A stretch of DNA of 64,000 bases, taken from the NCBI GenBank assembly GCA_001606155.1, contig LODT01000028.1:342735-406734 (forward strand), in the 5' to 3' direction. The DNA is from Tieghemostelium lacteum. Lineage: Eukaryota. The notes under the pieces were generated by a model that saw nothing but the letters and a program-made list of their open reading frames with translations, made no database searches and was not told the DNA's origin. Each line of letters opens with the position of its first letter. Position 1 is the stretch's first letter. Shown piece after piece: positions 24,523 through 34,839 of this stretch. Made by a program: the position numbers and the translations under genes.

Positions 24523-26139
24523 TTAATAATCTTTGTCTATTGCATATATACGTTTGATAACTTTGTTTTCTAGTATTAGTTTTTTAAGTTCTCGTGTAAT
24601 TTTAAGTGAGATCTTTAGTGTTATAAGAGTATTTTGTTGAATTAGTTTGTGGAATGATTTATAAATTTCAAACATGTTTTTTGAATTGTTAAAATATAGA
24701 GAAAGATATCTTATGGTAATATTATTCATTATGGATTCAACTAGAGTTTTAAATAGTTCATTTGGGAATGCAATTACCAATTGATCTATATTAGGTTTGG
24801 AATTTAGAAGATTTATAACTCTACCAAATTCAATAGCATCTATTGACATGTATTCAACAAATGTTGGTGGTTTTCTACAATTAATAGTCAAATCTCTTAT
24901 ATATTTACTAAAAGTGATTTGGGGGTCTGTTAGTAGTCTCTCCAATGTCTTGGCATTATATAAGAGTGTCATGGATATAGTTAAAGGTTTAGTAGGTTTA
25001 AAAACTTCCAAATCAATTGAACTGTTCCAACATCTTACTGTCAATCTATTTAGTGCATTCAATGGAGTAACTATATTATTTAGATATTTAAATGATAATT
25101 CTGTTATTTCCATTGACAATGTGGTTAGAGTATCGTTACTCCATAAACCATAGTCTTCCTCTTGGTCTTCCAACATTGCATATTGTAATGTCAGATTCTT
25201 CAAAACTTTGTTTTTTGACAGTAGATTTATAATAGATTTCAAGGATATATTATAATTAGGATATACTAGTGAAAGGTTATGAATAGTCTTGTGATTTTCA
25301 ACCCAATTGAAGACTGAAAAGTATAATTGCGTATCATTTTCATCTTTGTGATAGGTTTTCATTTCCAATCCCAAAGCATTCAATTTACAAAGTGGGCTAT
25401 GAATGATTTGGTATAGTGACTCCTCATGTAAAACACCATGAAAAATCTGTAGATACAAGAGTTTTGATAATATATTAGGGTATAATGGTAACATTCTTAC
25501 TATATAATCATTTTTACTGGAATTGACTTTAATTCTAATCTCATCGATACAATAGTACTTATTTAGAAGATTATTGATTAAATTTGTCATGGATTGGTAG
25601 TTTTCGGTGGTATTGGTTAAAACGATATCCAGATGTTTAATTAGTTCACTAGGAGGGTAAATGTCACGTAGAGGTAGAGCAATGTTATAGTTGGCAGCAT
25701 AAGATCTTTTATCTGATATAACTAACTTTCTAAGGTTTTCGTAAACCATATTATCAGGATGTCTATCATAATGCGGATTACCAAAAACCATAGTGTTGAT
25801 AGTAGATCTTACAATAGGCTTAGAGAATAAATGTAATGCCAAACCCATATTAGTTGAACCAGCGGTTAAAAAGTTATTAAAGCATACATCTTTTTTAAAC
25901 CTTATACCCATTCTAACAAATATAATCATAGTTTCAAAGTCTTCAACAGTTGTTATGTTCACATTGTGATTAATAGTAACCTTTGGTAGAATCCTTTCAT
26001 TCCATCTCTGACAAACTAAAGACACACTCCCTAAAACTGATGATAAATATTTGAATCTACTAACATACAAATTTAAATAGAATTCCAATATGTATTGTAT
26101 ACATTCATCACTTAGTTTCACTACAGTAAGAGTATTCAT
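24523..26139 (-). CDS. F-box-like/LRR-like family protein, cluster member A (538 aa)
   Basis: N-terminal ...IQYILEFYL...VSLVCQRWNERILPKV has the F-box core VCxRW. Family blocks HSPLCKLNALGLE, KNLTLQYAML are shared with the paralogues at 26266-36462. Confidence 0.55.
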   Translation of the reverse strand: MNTLTVVKLSDECIQYILEFYLNLYVSRFKYLSSVLGSVSLVCQRWNERILPKVTINHNVNITTVEDFETMIIFVRMGIRFKKDVCFNNFLTAGSTNMGLALHLFSKPIVRSTINTMVFGNPHYDRHPDNMVYENLRKLVISDKRSYAANYNIALPLRDIYPPSELIKHLDIVLTNTTENYQSMTNLINNLLNKYYCIDEIRIKVNSSKNDYIVRMLPLYPNILSKLLYLQIFHGVLHEESLYQIIHSPLCKLNALGLEMKTYHKDENDTQLYFSVFNWVENHKTIHNLSLVYPNYNISLKSIINLLSKNKVLKNLTLQYAMLEDQEEDYGLWSNDTLTTLSMEITELSFKYLNNIVTPLNALNRLTVRCWNSSIDLEVFKPTKPLTISMTLLYNAKTLERLLTDPQITFSKYIRDLTINCRKPPTFVEYMSIDAIEFGRVINLLNSKPNIDQLVIAFPNELFKTLVESIMNNITIRYLSLYFNNSKNMFEIYKSFHKLIQQNTLITLKISLKITRELKKLILENKVIKRIYAIDKDY

Positions 26140-26265
26140 TATTTGTAAAATATTTGTATTGTTCCTTTTTGATTTTTTAAAATAGATATTTTATCACTTT
26201 ATTTTTAAAAGATTAGAAGTGTTTACAAAAACTTAAGTTTTTTTGATAAAGATTGTTAGATAATT

Positions 26266-27924
26266 ATGAATCTTATTAAAAGTTTAAAGAAAAAAACTAA
26301 AACTGCTAGTATACCTTTACCTGATAATATAATAAAGTATATAATAGAAACTTTAATTAATGCTTACAATGCTTTTAGTGAATCACATAACACTAGTTAT
26401 TTAAAGATTGATTATGTTTTATATCAGTTTTCTATGGTTTGTCAGAGATGGTTGGATAGGGTATTACCAACAGTAAGATTTAATAGACCATTTTATGTTA
26501 CCAGTGTATCGGTATTTAGACATTTTGTTCAATGGATCGGATTAGGAATTAAATTCAGCGATATTATATTCAGCGGTTATTTGATTTCACCTAATATGGA
26601 TGTACCTTTGGTTCTTATGTCTAGACCACACGTACGAAATGCCATTTCAACTGTATCAGCTATGAGCTCATATACAATTAACCATAGAATTCAATTGGAT
26701 AGAGTCAAAAGAATTGTGATAGATGATAGTATAGTACCTGTTATTTCAAGTTTTGAAGTGTTGTTAGGTGAACAGTACCCTTGTACTGAGTTACTTACTA
26801 GAATAGATATAGTGACAACAGAGACCTCAGATTGGGATGCTAATGGAAATGAAAATCTAGCTACATGCATTCACCAATTGTGTAACAAGTTCATTCATGT
26901 TGATTATATAACCTTAAATACTGATGAAGATCGTCAACATATTACACCACATTTACCAAACTATCCAAATATTATTCAAAAACTAAAATCACTACATTTA
27001 CATTTTACATCTAATATCAATGGTAAAGATATAAACCGTATCTTAACTCACCCTTTCAGTTGTATTCACACTCTTAAACTTCATAACTCTATTGTAAACT
27101 CTAATATCAATAACAGAATAGACATGACTCTAATAGATACTCTGGAAACCCATAACACAATAACATCATTGTCACTTCATTTTAAGAATGGTAATATCCA
27201 TCTTCACCATGTACACCGACTTCTAAACAACCCAATATTAAAATCACTAAAATTGAAATACCACAATCTAGAAAGTACCGATATATTACCAATTCCAGAA
27301 ATCACTACCAATAATATCCGAGTACTAACATTGAATTTCAACGAAATTCCATTTTCTACCATCACCAATCTATGTAATTCACTGCCCAATCTAAACTCAT
27401 TGAAAGTCTCAATCAGAGCACACCAAAACAATAACGACCTACAAAAATTCCAACCTAAAAATCAGTTTTTCTTTGAACTTGTGTTACCATACCAACCTCA
27501 TGAATTTGAAATTCTAATTGACAAAACTCAGATTTTTCATAAACTGGTGAACAACTTAACATTAAAACTAGATGGTGAATCTTTAATGATAGATCAACTA
27601 TCTAAACATCTAAGTGAAATTGATAAAATTCAGAGTCTTGAAACACTCTATTTATCAGTACCTTTCAATCACCAGTTTATGAACCCACTTGCAAAAAACA
27701 CTTCACTCAAACATCTAGAAATTAAAATGGGAACTGTGAATGGAATGCATTTACACATTTCCAATTTATTCAATGAGATTCTGAGAAGAAACAAAACATT
27801 AATAACTGCTCACATTAAAGATTCTGATTATTTCTCTAATCTAGAAGATACACAAAAATATTTTAATCTTCATCCAACAATACAAAGAATATATTGTTCA
27901 AAATACGATTCCATCTACAAATAA
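26266..27924 (+). CDS. F-box-like/LRR-like family protein, cluster member B (552 aa)
   Basis: LPDNIIKYIIETLIN...FSMVCQRWLDRVLPTVRF (F-box-like). LTHPFSCIHTLKLHN, HNTITSLSLHF, LLNNPILKSLKLKYHNL, NSLPNLNSLKVSI are LRR-like blocks conserved in members D-G. It is divergent from member A, with 126 bp between the start codons. Confidence 0.6.
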   Translation: MNLIKSLKKKTKTASIPLPDNIIKYIIETLINAYNAFSESHNTSYLKIDYVLYQFSMVCQRWLDRVLPTVRFNRPFYVTSVSVFRHFVQWIGLGIKFSDIIFSGYLISPNMDVPLVLMSRPHVRNAISTVSAMSSYTINHRIQLDRVKRIVIDDSIVPVISSFEVLLGEQYPCTELLTRIDIVTTETSDWDANGNENLATCIHQLCNKFIHVDYITLNTDEDRQHITPHLPNYPNIIQKLKSLHLHFTSNINGKDINRILTHPFSCIHTLKLHNSIVNSNINNRIDMTLIDTLETHNTITSLSLHFKNGNIHLHHVHRLLNNPILKSLKLKYHNLESTDILPIPEITTNNIRVLTLNFNEIPFSTITNLCNSLPNLNSLKVSIRAHQNNNDLQKFQPKNQFFFELVLPYQPHEFEILIDKTQIFHKLVNNLTLKLDGESLMIDQLSKHLSEIDKIQSLETLYLSVPFNHQFMNPLAKNTSLKHLEIKMGTVNGMHLHISNLFNEILRRNKTLITAHIKDSDYFSNLEDTQKYFNLHPTIQRIYCSKYDSIYK

Positions 27925-27989
27925 CCAATATCCATAAACATTTTATTATTCTATGTGACCCACCAATTTTATTTATTATAAAATAATTC

Positions 27990-29555
27990 TTAAAAAGTGA
28001 ATTCAACTTGTTTTTCACGTAGTTTTAGTTTGATGGGTTCCAAGAGTGTGTTGGATCCATTGGTAGCTATGTTTATAGAGTATATATCAGGTCGTTTATC
28101 AACAAGTTCTCTGATTTGTTGAAATTCCTTACTTGTCAAACCTGTTGGCATATGCAGGAATGGGAATTGAAACTTCTGTATTGAAGAGTTTTGTAGAACT
28201 TTAATAATGTGTTCATAGAGGATGGTATAGCTAGGTGGAGGTGGAGGTAAGGACTTTGATTTCACTTTACTAGGTTCATTGAATACTATAGATTTTAGAG
28301 TTTGGTTCTTAGAGAGATCATCAGAAATCCCAGGGAATGAATCTGGACTACTGTAAATAAACTGTAGATAAGTAATAGTTGGATGTTGGCATCTAAAGAA
28401 CATTCCCAAGGATTCGTTATCCAATTCTCCATAGATTACTAAAGAAGTCAAATACTGATTAGATAACAAAGCTTCTATAAAAAGTTGATCGATTTTAATA
28501 GCACCTGATATAGAGAGTGATGTGTATTTCAAATCGGCACGAATGATATTAATGAGTAACTTAATATCTGGAATTTCAGAAAATGACAATGATTTTACAT
28601 TTCTATGATACAATATAATGGATTGGTACTCTTCCTGACCGAGAGTTTTGAATTTTATACTTTCCAAACGACTTGGACAAATCCATTTAACAAGATAATC
28701 ACTAATCTCACCATCGATATAGAATTTCTTTAGATTGGGGTTATTGAATTTGATATCGGGTTGCAAAGGTTCTTTGTTCATATTGGTGAATGAAATTTCT
28801 TCCAATACCTCATTCTGATTGATAATATCCATTGCCAGTTTCTTTGACCCCTCGCAAAAGTAGTTGAATACAGAGAAATGTTTCATTGTCTTATTGGTTA
28901 TCATGTAGCTGTAAAGTGCGTCCAACTTGATAATAGGTACCTCGTGGCCATAGGGAGTAGATCTCAAAGTAACAGATTCAGGTTGAACCTTGTCAATGAG
29001 GTCTACAAGATCAGTTACTTTAATCTTTATACAATTGAAATCCAGTACTTTTAAATTTGGCATCAAAGACCTGTTTTTTAGTTTTTCAAATAACTGAAAG
29101 GGTTGGTTATATCGTGAAGTGGTTGTACCTGGATGAGTGATATCCAACCTATCAATAAACCCAAAATGTTTTGATAGGAATTCCAATTTTTCTACATGAT
29201 CCTCTTGATCAGTATCAATTGATAGATAAGGGTTTGCTAAATGGTGTTCTGGGAGGACTTTGTATGTCTGTTGGTCACTTTTAATTTCTAAATACAATTC
29301 ACTATTTGAATACACTCTAAAGTTGTATCCACCAATATTTCTTTTAACTAGAATCTTTAAAAAATATAGATTCTTTTTATATTCAATTGAGAAATAGAAA
29401 TTCTTATTATTTAGTTTTGGAATTATATTTTCATTCCATGATTTACAAACTAGTGCAATTTTTAGTAAAAAAGATTTCATATAAATATCTTTTACATTGA
29501 TTACAATGTAATCTAGTATTTTAACTACAATATAATTTGGTAATGGTATTGTCAT
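27990..29555 (-). CDS. F-box-like/LRR-like family protein, cluster member C (521 aa, most divergent)
   Basis: MTIPLPNYIVVKILDYIV...IALVCKSWNENIIPKL (F-box-like), then LxxLxL repeats (LKNLTLQ-type: LKVLDFNCIKIKV, LTSLVIYGEL). It is convergent with B and divergent from D (97 bp). Confidence 0.5.
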   Translation of the reverse strand: MTIPLPNYIVVKILDYIVINVKDIYMKSFLLKIALVCKSWNENIIPKLNNKNFYFSIEYKKNLYFLKILVKRNIGGYNFRVYSNSELYLEIKSDQQTYKVLPEHHLANPYLSIDTDQEDHVEKLEFLSKHFGFIDRLDITHPGTTTSRYNQPFQLFEKLKNRSLMPNLKVLDFNCIKIKVTDLVDLIDKVQPESVTLRSTPYGHEVPIIKLDALYSYMITNKTMKHFSVFNYFCEGSKKLAMDIINQNEVLEEISFTNMNKEPLQPDIKFNNPNLKKFYIDGEISDYLVKWICPSRLESIKFKTLGQEEYQSIILYHRNVKSLSFSEIPDIKLLINIIRADLKYTSLSISGAIKIDQLFIEALLSNQYLTSLVIYGELDNESLGMFFRCQHPTITYLQFIYSSPDSFPGISDDLSKNQTLKSIVFNEPSKVKSKSLPPPPPSYTILYEHIIKVLQNSSIQKFQFPFLHMPTGLTSKEFQQIRELVDKRPDIYSINIATNGSNTLLEPIKLKLREKQVEFTF

Positions 29556-29652
29556 TTGTTGATCAAACTATTTTTATAAAAATCAAAATAAAAAAAAAAA
29601 AAATAGTGTTTATAAATATCTCCATCTTTTCTTAAATTTTTATTTCAAAAAG

Positions 29653-31296
29653 ATGGCAAATCAAAGAACTATTACTAAATTACCAGTACTACCAAATAAT
29701 GTAATTAAATATCTTATTGAGATATTTGTCGATAGTTATTATTCAGATAACTATTTAAATCATTCAAGTTTTAAAATGATAGATAATGTATTTTTTAGAT
29801 TTGGGATGGTGTGTCAACAATGGATGGATAGGGTGCTACCTTCTTTGGAATTTAAGAAACCAATATATTGTTATAGAGCATTTACATATATAATGCTATC
29901 TAGATGGGTAATGTTGGGTGTAAAATTCAGTAATGTTGTTTTTGGGGGTGGTCAAATACATGATTTAGAAGTTCAGTTGTTAACAATGACTAAACCCTAT
30001 CTAAGAAATTCTATATCTACTCTGTTGGTTGATAGGGAATCTCATTTTAATAGTCTAAGATTTCAGTTTGAAGATATTAAAGCTCTAATTTTTAGAGAAC
30101 CAAAATCAATCACTCAGTTTGCTCATTTTGTGTCTCCTCTATTGAGTGAAGAGTTCCCACCTATTGACACTCTCACTAGAGTTGATGTACACTATGAAGT
30201 TAAAATTGTACATTCTGATACCGATGATGTTATTCAACCATTAAACTTACTTTGTGGAAAGTTTATCAATATCAGTGATATCAACATTAGAGGGTTCAAC
30301 CAGAACCAAAAGATCTCTAGAAATATATGTAAATATCCAAATGTCATTCAGAAGCTTAAGACACTGAATTTGAAATTTGATTTTATAAATGTAAAAGATA
30401 TAACAGTTGCATTAACTCACCCATTCTCATGCATTGAAATTCTGAAACTTCATAGAACCAAAACCAAGGGAGACGCAGTAATGAATGAACCTCTATATCA
30501 TGCTTTAGAAACTCATCCTACCATCACTTCACTGTCACTTCAACTTCCAGATGAATCTATTCCATCACACACTCTTACCAACCTCTTAAACAACACCAAA
30601 TTGAAATCTTTAAAATTAAAATATAAAACAATTGATTTTGATAAATCATATAATAGTACCTTCCTAACCAACAATACCATCACAAAATTAGGATTGGAAA
30701 TCAAGAATATTACATTTAAACTAATAGACAGTATATGTGATAAACTACCAAATCTGAAATCACTAAAATTAGCAGTTTACGGTGAAGTTGATGGAAAGGA
30801 TATTGAACTCTTTAAACCAAAAAGCAATATCACCATTAAATTAACCATCGTTAATTCATTCAAAAATATGGATGCTTATTTAAGCAAATACTCACTTCAC
30901 ACCAGAGTTAATCATCTAACTTTAATCATTGACAATAACAATGAAAAGTTACTTAACAATTTATTAGATAACTTTAAACTACTGGAGAAATTAAAGACCT
31001 TGAAAACTCTATTTCTAGATACTCCATTCACAGCTGCACTCATTCCTCCACTATCTTCCAATACCAATATAAAACATCTAATTATTAGAATGCCAGAGTT
31101 GAAAAACATGACAAGAAATGACAATTCTGATAAAAATCTTCTGGAATTGATTAAAGGAAACAGATCTCTAGAAAGTATTGAACTTACAAATCCAGGTAAA
31201 ATAATTAATTTTGCATACCTAAATACAGAATTTAAAAAACATCCGCATTTAAAATTCATTTTCAGCAAAGATTTATCAGAATCCCTGCAAAAATAA
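29653..31296 (+). CDS. F-box-like/LRR-like family protein, cluster member D (547 aa), tandem duplicate of E
   Basis: MANQRTITKLPVLPNNVIKYLIEIFV...FGMVCQQWMDRVLPSLEF. It is about 93% identical in protein to member E, and the identity continues into the ~30 bp 5' flank. Confidence 0.6.
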   Translation: MANQRTITKLPVLPNNVIKYLIEIFVDSYYSDNYLNHSSFKMIDNVFFRFGMVCQQWMDRVLPSLEFKKPIYCYRAFTYIMLSRWVMLGVKFSNVVFGGGQIHDLEVQLLTMTKPYLRNSISTLLVDRESHFNSLRFQFEDIKALIFREPKSITQFAHFVSPLLSEEFPPIDTLTRVDVHYEVKIVHSDTDDVIQPLNLLCGKFINISDINIRGFNQNQKISRNICKYPNVIQKLKTLNLKFDFINVKDITVALTHPFSCIEILKLHRTKTKGDAVMNEPLYHALETHPTITSLSLQLPDESIPSHTLTNLLNNTKLKSLKLKYKTIDFDKSYNSTFLTNNTITKLGLEIKNITFKLIDSICDKLPNLKSLKLAVYGEVDGKDIELFKPKSNITIKLTIVNSFKNMDAYLSKYSLHTRVNHLTLIIDNNNEKLLNNLLDNFKLLEKLKTLKTLFLDTPFTAALIPPLSSNTNIKHLIIRMPELKNMTRNDNSDKNLLELIKGNRSLESIELTNPGKIINFAYLNTEFKKHPHLKFIFSKDLSESLQK

Positions 31297-31344
31297 AATA
31301 AATATTTTTTTAAATGTCTTTTCTTAAATTTTTATTACAAAAAG

Positions 31345-32991
31345 ATGGCAAATCAAATAACTATTATTAAATTACCAGTACTACCAAATAATGTAATTAA
31401 ATATCTTATTGAGATATTTGTTGATAGTTATTATTCAGATAACTATTTAAATCATTCAAGTTTTAGAATGATAGATAATGTATTTTTTAGATTTGGGATG
31501 GTGTGTCAACAATGGATGGATAGGGTGTTACCTTCTTTGGAATTTAAGAAACCAATATATTGTAATAGAGCGTTTACATATATAATGCTATCTAGATGGG
31601 TAATGTTGGGTGTAAAATTCAGTAATGTTGTTTTTGGAGTTGGTCTAATAGATGATTTTGAAGTTCAGTTGTTAACAATGACTAAACCCTATCTAAGAAA
31701 TTCTATAGGTACTTTGTTGGTTGATAGGGGGTATCATTTTAATAGTCTAAGATTTCAGTTTGAAGATATTAAAGCTCTAATTTTTAGAGAATCAAAATAT
31801 ATAAGTCAGTTTGCTCAATATGTGTCTCCTCTTTTGAATGAAGGGTTCTCACCTATTGACACTCTCACTAGAGTTGATATACACTATGAAGTTAAAATTG
31901 AACATTCTGATACCGATGATGTTATCCAACCATTAAACTTACTTTGTGGAAAGTTTATCAATATCAGTGATATCAACATTAGAGGGTTCAACAAGAACCA
32001 AAAGATCTCTAGAAATATATATAGATATACAAATGTCATTCAAAAGCTTAAGATACTGAATTTGAAATTTGATTTTATAAATGTAAAAGATATAACAGTT
32101 ACATTAACTCACCCATTCACATGCATTGAAACTCTGAAACTTCATAGAACCAAAACTAGTCCTAAGGGTGACATAGTAATGAATGAACCTCTCTATCATG
32201 CTTTAGAAACTCATCCTACCATCACATCACTGTCACTTCAACTTCCAGGTGAATCTATTCCATCACACACTCTTACCAACCTCTTAAACAACACCAAATT
32301 GAAATCTTTAAAATTAAAATATAAAACAATTGATTTTGATAAATCATATAATAGTACCTTCCTAACCAACAATACCATCACAAAATTAGGATTGGAAATC
32401 AAGAATATTACATTTAAACTAATAGACAGTATATGTGATAAACTACCAAATCTGAAATTACTAAAATTAGCAGTGTATGGGCAAGTTGATGGAAAGGATA
32501 TTGAACTCTTTAAACCAAAAAGCAATATCACCATTAAATTAACCATCGTTAATTCATTCAAAAATATGGATGCTTATTTAAGCAAATACTCACTTCACAC
32601 CAGAGTTAATCATCTAACTTTAATCATTGACAATACCAATGAAAAGTTACTTAACAATTTATTAGATAACTTTAACCTATTGGAGAAATTAAAGACCTTG
32701 AAAACTCTATTTCTAGATATTCCATTCACTGCCACACTCATTCCTCCACTATCTTCCAATACCAATATAAAACATCTAATTATTAGAATGCCAGAGTTGA
32801 AAAACATGACAAGAAATGATTCTGATAAAAATCTTCTTGAATTGATTAAAGGAAACAGATCTCTAGAAAGTATTGAACTTACAAATCCAGGTAAAATAAT
32901 TAATTTCGCATACCTAAATACAGAATTTAAAAAACATCCGCATTTAAAATTCATTTTCAGCAATGTTTTAACAGAATCCCTGCAAAAATAA
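31345..32991 (+). CDS. F-box-like/LRR-like family protein, cluster member E (548 aa), tandem duplicate of D
   Basis: MANQITIIKLPVLPNNVIKYLIEIFV...FGMVCQQWMDRVLPSLEF. The repeat unit is 1692 bp (31345-29653). It differs from D by scattered substitutions and one 3-nt indel (KTSPKGD vs KTKGD). Confidence 0.6.
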   Translation: MANQITIIKLPVLPNNVIKYLIEIFVDSYYSDNYLNHSSFRMIDNVFFRFGMVCQQWMDRVLPSLEFKKPIYCNRAFTYIMLSRWVMLGVKFSNVVFGVGLIDDFEVQLLTMTKPYLRNSIGTLLVDRGYHFNSLRFQFEDIKALIFRESKYISQFAQYVSPLLNEGFSPIDTLTRVDIHYEVKIEHSDTDDVIQPLNLLCGKFINISDINIRGFNKNQKISRNIYRYTNVIQKLKILNLKFDFINVKDITVTLTHPFTCIETLKLHRTKTSPKGDIVMNEPLYHALETHPTITSLSLQLPGESIPSHTLTNLLNNTKLKSLKLKYKTIDFDKSYNSTFLTNNTITKLGLEIKNITFKLIDSICDKLPNLKLLKLAVYGQVDGKDIELFKPKSNITIKLTIVNSFKNMDAYLSKYSLHTRVNHLTLIIDNTNEKLLNNLLDNFNLLEKLKTLKTLFLDIPFTATLIPPLSSNTNIKHLIIRMPELKNMTRNDSDKNLLELIKGNRSLESIELTNPGKIINFAYLNTEFKKHPHLKFIFSNVLTESLQK

Positions 32992-33162
32992 AATATTAAT
33001 AATATTGAATTATTATTACAATTCATATTTATGATAAACATCTTTGAATATAATTTAGAAAACCCATATTTATTAGAATTGGATATCTATTTATATATTT
33101 TTTTATTTTTTTTAAAATTTGCGGATCCGCAAAACTTAATTAAAAAATATTTTATAAGTAAC

Positions 33163-34776
33163 ATGATCAAGTTACCAGACATTATTATTAAAAATATTAT
33201 AGAGATTAGTTTAGATAATTATAGTGCAGCTATTCATAATACCCACACACCATTTTTGATAAGTGCAATTGATAAAATATTTTGTAGGTTTTCACTGGTG
33301 TGCCAAAGATGGTTTGAAAAAGTTATACCTACTGTAGAATTTAGAAAGACATTGTTTGTTTCAAACTCAGATATAGTATTGAAATTGGTAAATTGGATTG
33401 GTTTGGGTGTAAAATTTAGGGATATTGTTTTTAATGCTTTTCTTACAAAACATTCTATGGAGGTATCAATGTTATTGTCAACTAAACCTTATTTAAGAAA
33501 TTCTCTTACTACAATGGTATTTGATAGAGGGTTTAATTACACTGATATAGAGTATCAATATGAGAATGTAAGAGCACTGAAACTCATTTTTCATACAGTT
33601 ATTCAATATCAAAATGCACCACTGGTACAGACTCTACAATCTGATCTATTTAGTTCTGTTGATATTCTCACTAAAATTGATGCAAGTTATAGAGATAAAG
33701 GAGTGAATTATGAAAGTGAAAATGTAATTGAAGTATTACACCAGATATGTAACAAGTTTATCAATGTTGATGATATTGGTCTGACTGGAGATAAACAAAC
33801 AAACAAGATCACATCTCATCTAACACAGTACCCATATATCATTAAGAAACTGAAAAGACTTCAGTTGGTAAATGGTACTGTGAACTCTGACGATTTGGTT
33901 AAAATCTTAAATCACCCATTCTGTAGTATTCACACTTTGAAACTTCATAATATGAAGGATAATCAAATTGGTTCTAGACTTGATCAACTACTATTTCCAA
34001 TACTAGAAAAACATCCATCATTAACATCACTTTCATTACACTTTAATAATGAAGATATTCAACTTCAACAAATCAACAATCTTCTAAACAAACCTAATCT
34101 AATATCACTAAAACTTAAATACAATAATCTAATAACTGATCAATCAACTACCTCTATCAACAATAGCATTCGAATTCTTACATTGAATTTCAATGAAATA
34201 TCATTTAATAGCATCTCCAATATCTGTAATTCACTTTGTAATCTAAATTCATTAAAAGTTGCAATCCGAGGTCATTCACTCACCACAACTGATATGCTAT
34301 TGTTTCAACCTAAAAAACAGTTTTTCTTCGAATTGGTTATTCCATATCACTCTGACCAATTTGATCTATTACTGGACAAAGACTATCCATTCCATAGAAT
34401 AGTAAATAGCCTAACACTAACTACAAAATTTCCTATCAGTAATCTCCCTCTATTTGAAGTACAACTAAAACAAATTGATAGAATGATAAAACTGAATACA
34501 CTATACCTATCATTCCCATTCCCAGAATTACTTGTAAATTCTATAGTAAATAACACTTACATTAAGAATTTAATAATTTATATAACTGAACACAGTCTGG
34601 GAGTTAATCAACGTAGTGCAGTACTCAAAGATATTGTATCAAGAAATAAAACTCTTGTAACTTTAGAAACCAAAGGTGCAAGTGTGAGTTTTTCAGATTT
34701 AAAAGTACATTTCAAAGTACATCCCACATTACTAAGAATTGGTAGTCCTGCTAGCTATGAATCTGACGCCAAATAA
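33163..34776 (+). CDS. F-box-like/LRR-like family protein, cluster member F (~537 aa from the internal Met)
   Basis: The track ORF starts at 33031, but family alignment places the start at MIKLPDIIIKNIIEISL... (33163). FSLVCQRWFEKVIPTVEF, LNHPFCSIHTLKLHN, HPSLTSLSLHF, NSLCNLNSLKVAI. Confidence 0.55.
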   Translation: MIKLPDIIIKNIIEISLDNYSAAIHNTHTPFLISAIDKIFCRFSLVCQRWFEKVIPTVEFRKTLFVSNSDIVLKLVNWIGLGVKFRDIVFNAFLTKHSMEVSMLLSTKPYLRNSLTTMVFDRGFNYTDIEYQYENVRALKLIFHTVIQYQNAPLVQTLQSDLFSSVDILTKIDASYRDKGVNYESENVIEVLHQICNKFINVDDIGLTGDKQTNKITSHLTQYPYIIKKLKRLQLVNGTVNSDDLVKILNHPFCSIHTLKLHNMKDNQIGSRLDQLLFPILEKHPSLTSLSLHFNNEDIQLQQINNLLNKPNLISLKLKYNNLITDQSTTSINNSIRILTLNFNEISFNSISNICNSLCNLNSLKVAIRGHSLTTTDMLLFQPKKQFFFELVIPYHSDQFDLLLDKDYPFHRIVNSLTLTTKFPISNLPLFEVQLKQIDRMIKLNTLYLSFPFPELLVNSIVNNTYIKNLIIYITEHSLGVNQRSAVLKDIVSRNKTLVTLETKGASVSFSDLKVHFKVHPTLLRIGSPASYESDAK

Positions 34777-34839
34777 ACTCCAAAACCTTTTTTTTTTAAT
34801 TTTTTTTCTTTGTGTATTGTTTTTTGTTCTTTCAAATAT

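Larger units (their letters stand above)
29620..33003. repeat. Recent tandem duplication: two ~1.69 kb units (cluster genes D and E plus ~30 bp of 5' flank)
   Basis: 29620-31310 and 31312-33003 align base by base, for example TCTTTTCTTAAATTTTTATTtCAAAAAGATGGCAAATCAA vs ...TTaCAAAAAGATGGCAAATCAA. Coding identity is above 90%. Mirror-image antisense ORFs 30912-31268 and 32610-33041 in the track are by-products. Confidence 0.85.

Noticed and set aside
30912-31268. 118-aa minus-strand ORF, and its twin at 32610-33041
   Set aside because: Both are antisense to cluster genes D and E. They are near-identical only because the sense genes are tandem duplicates, and their composition is low complexity.
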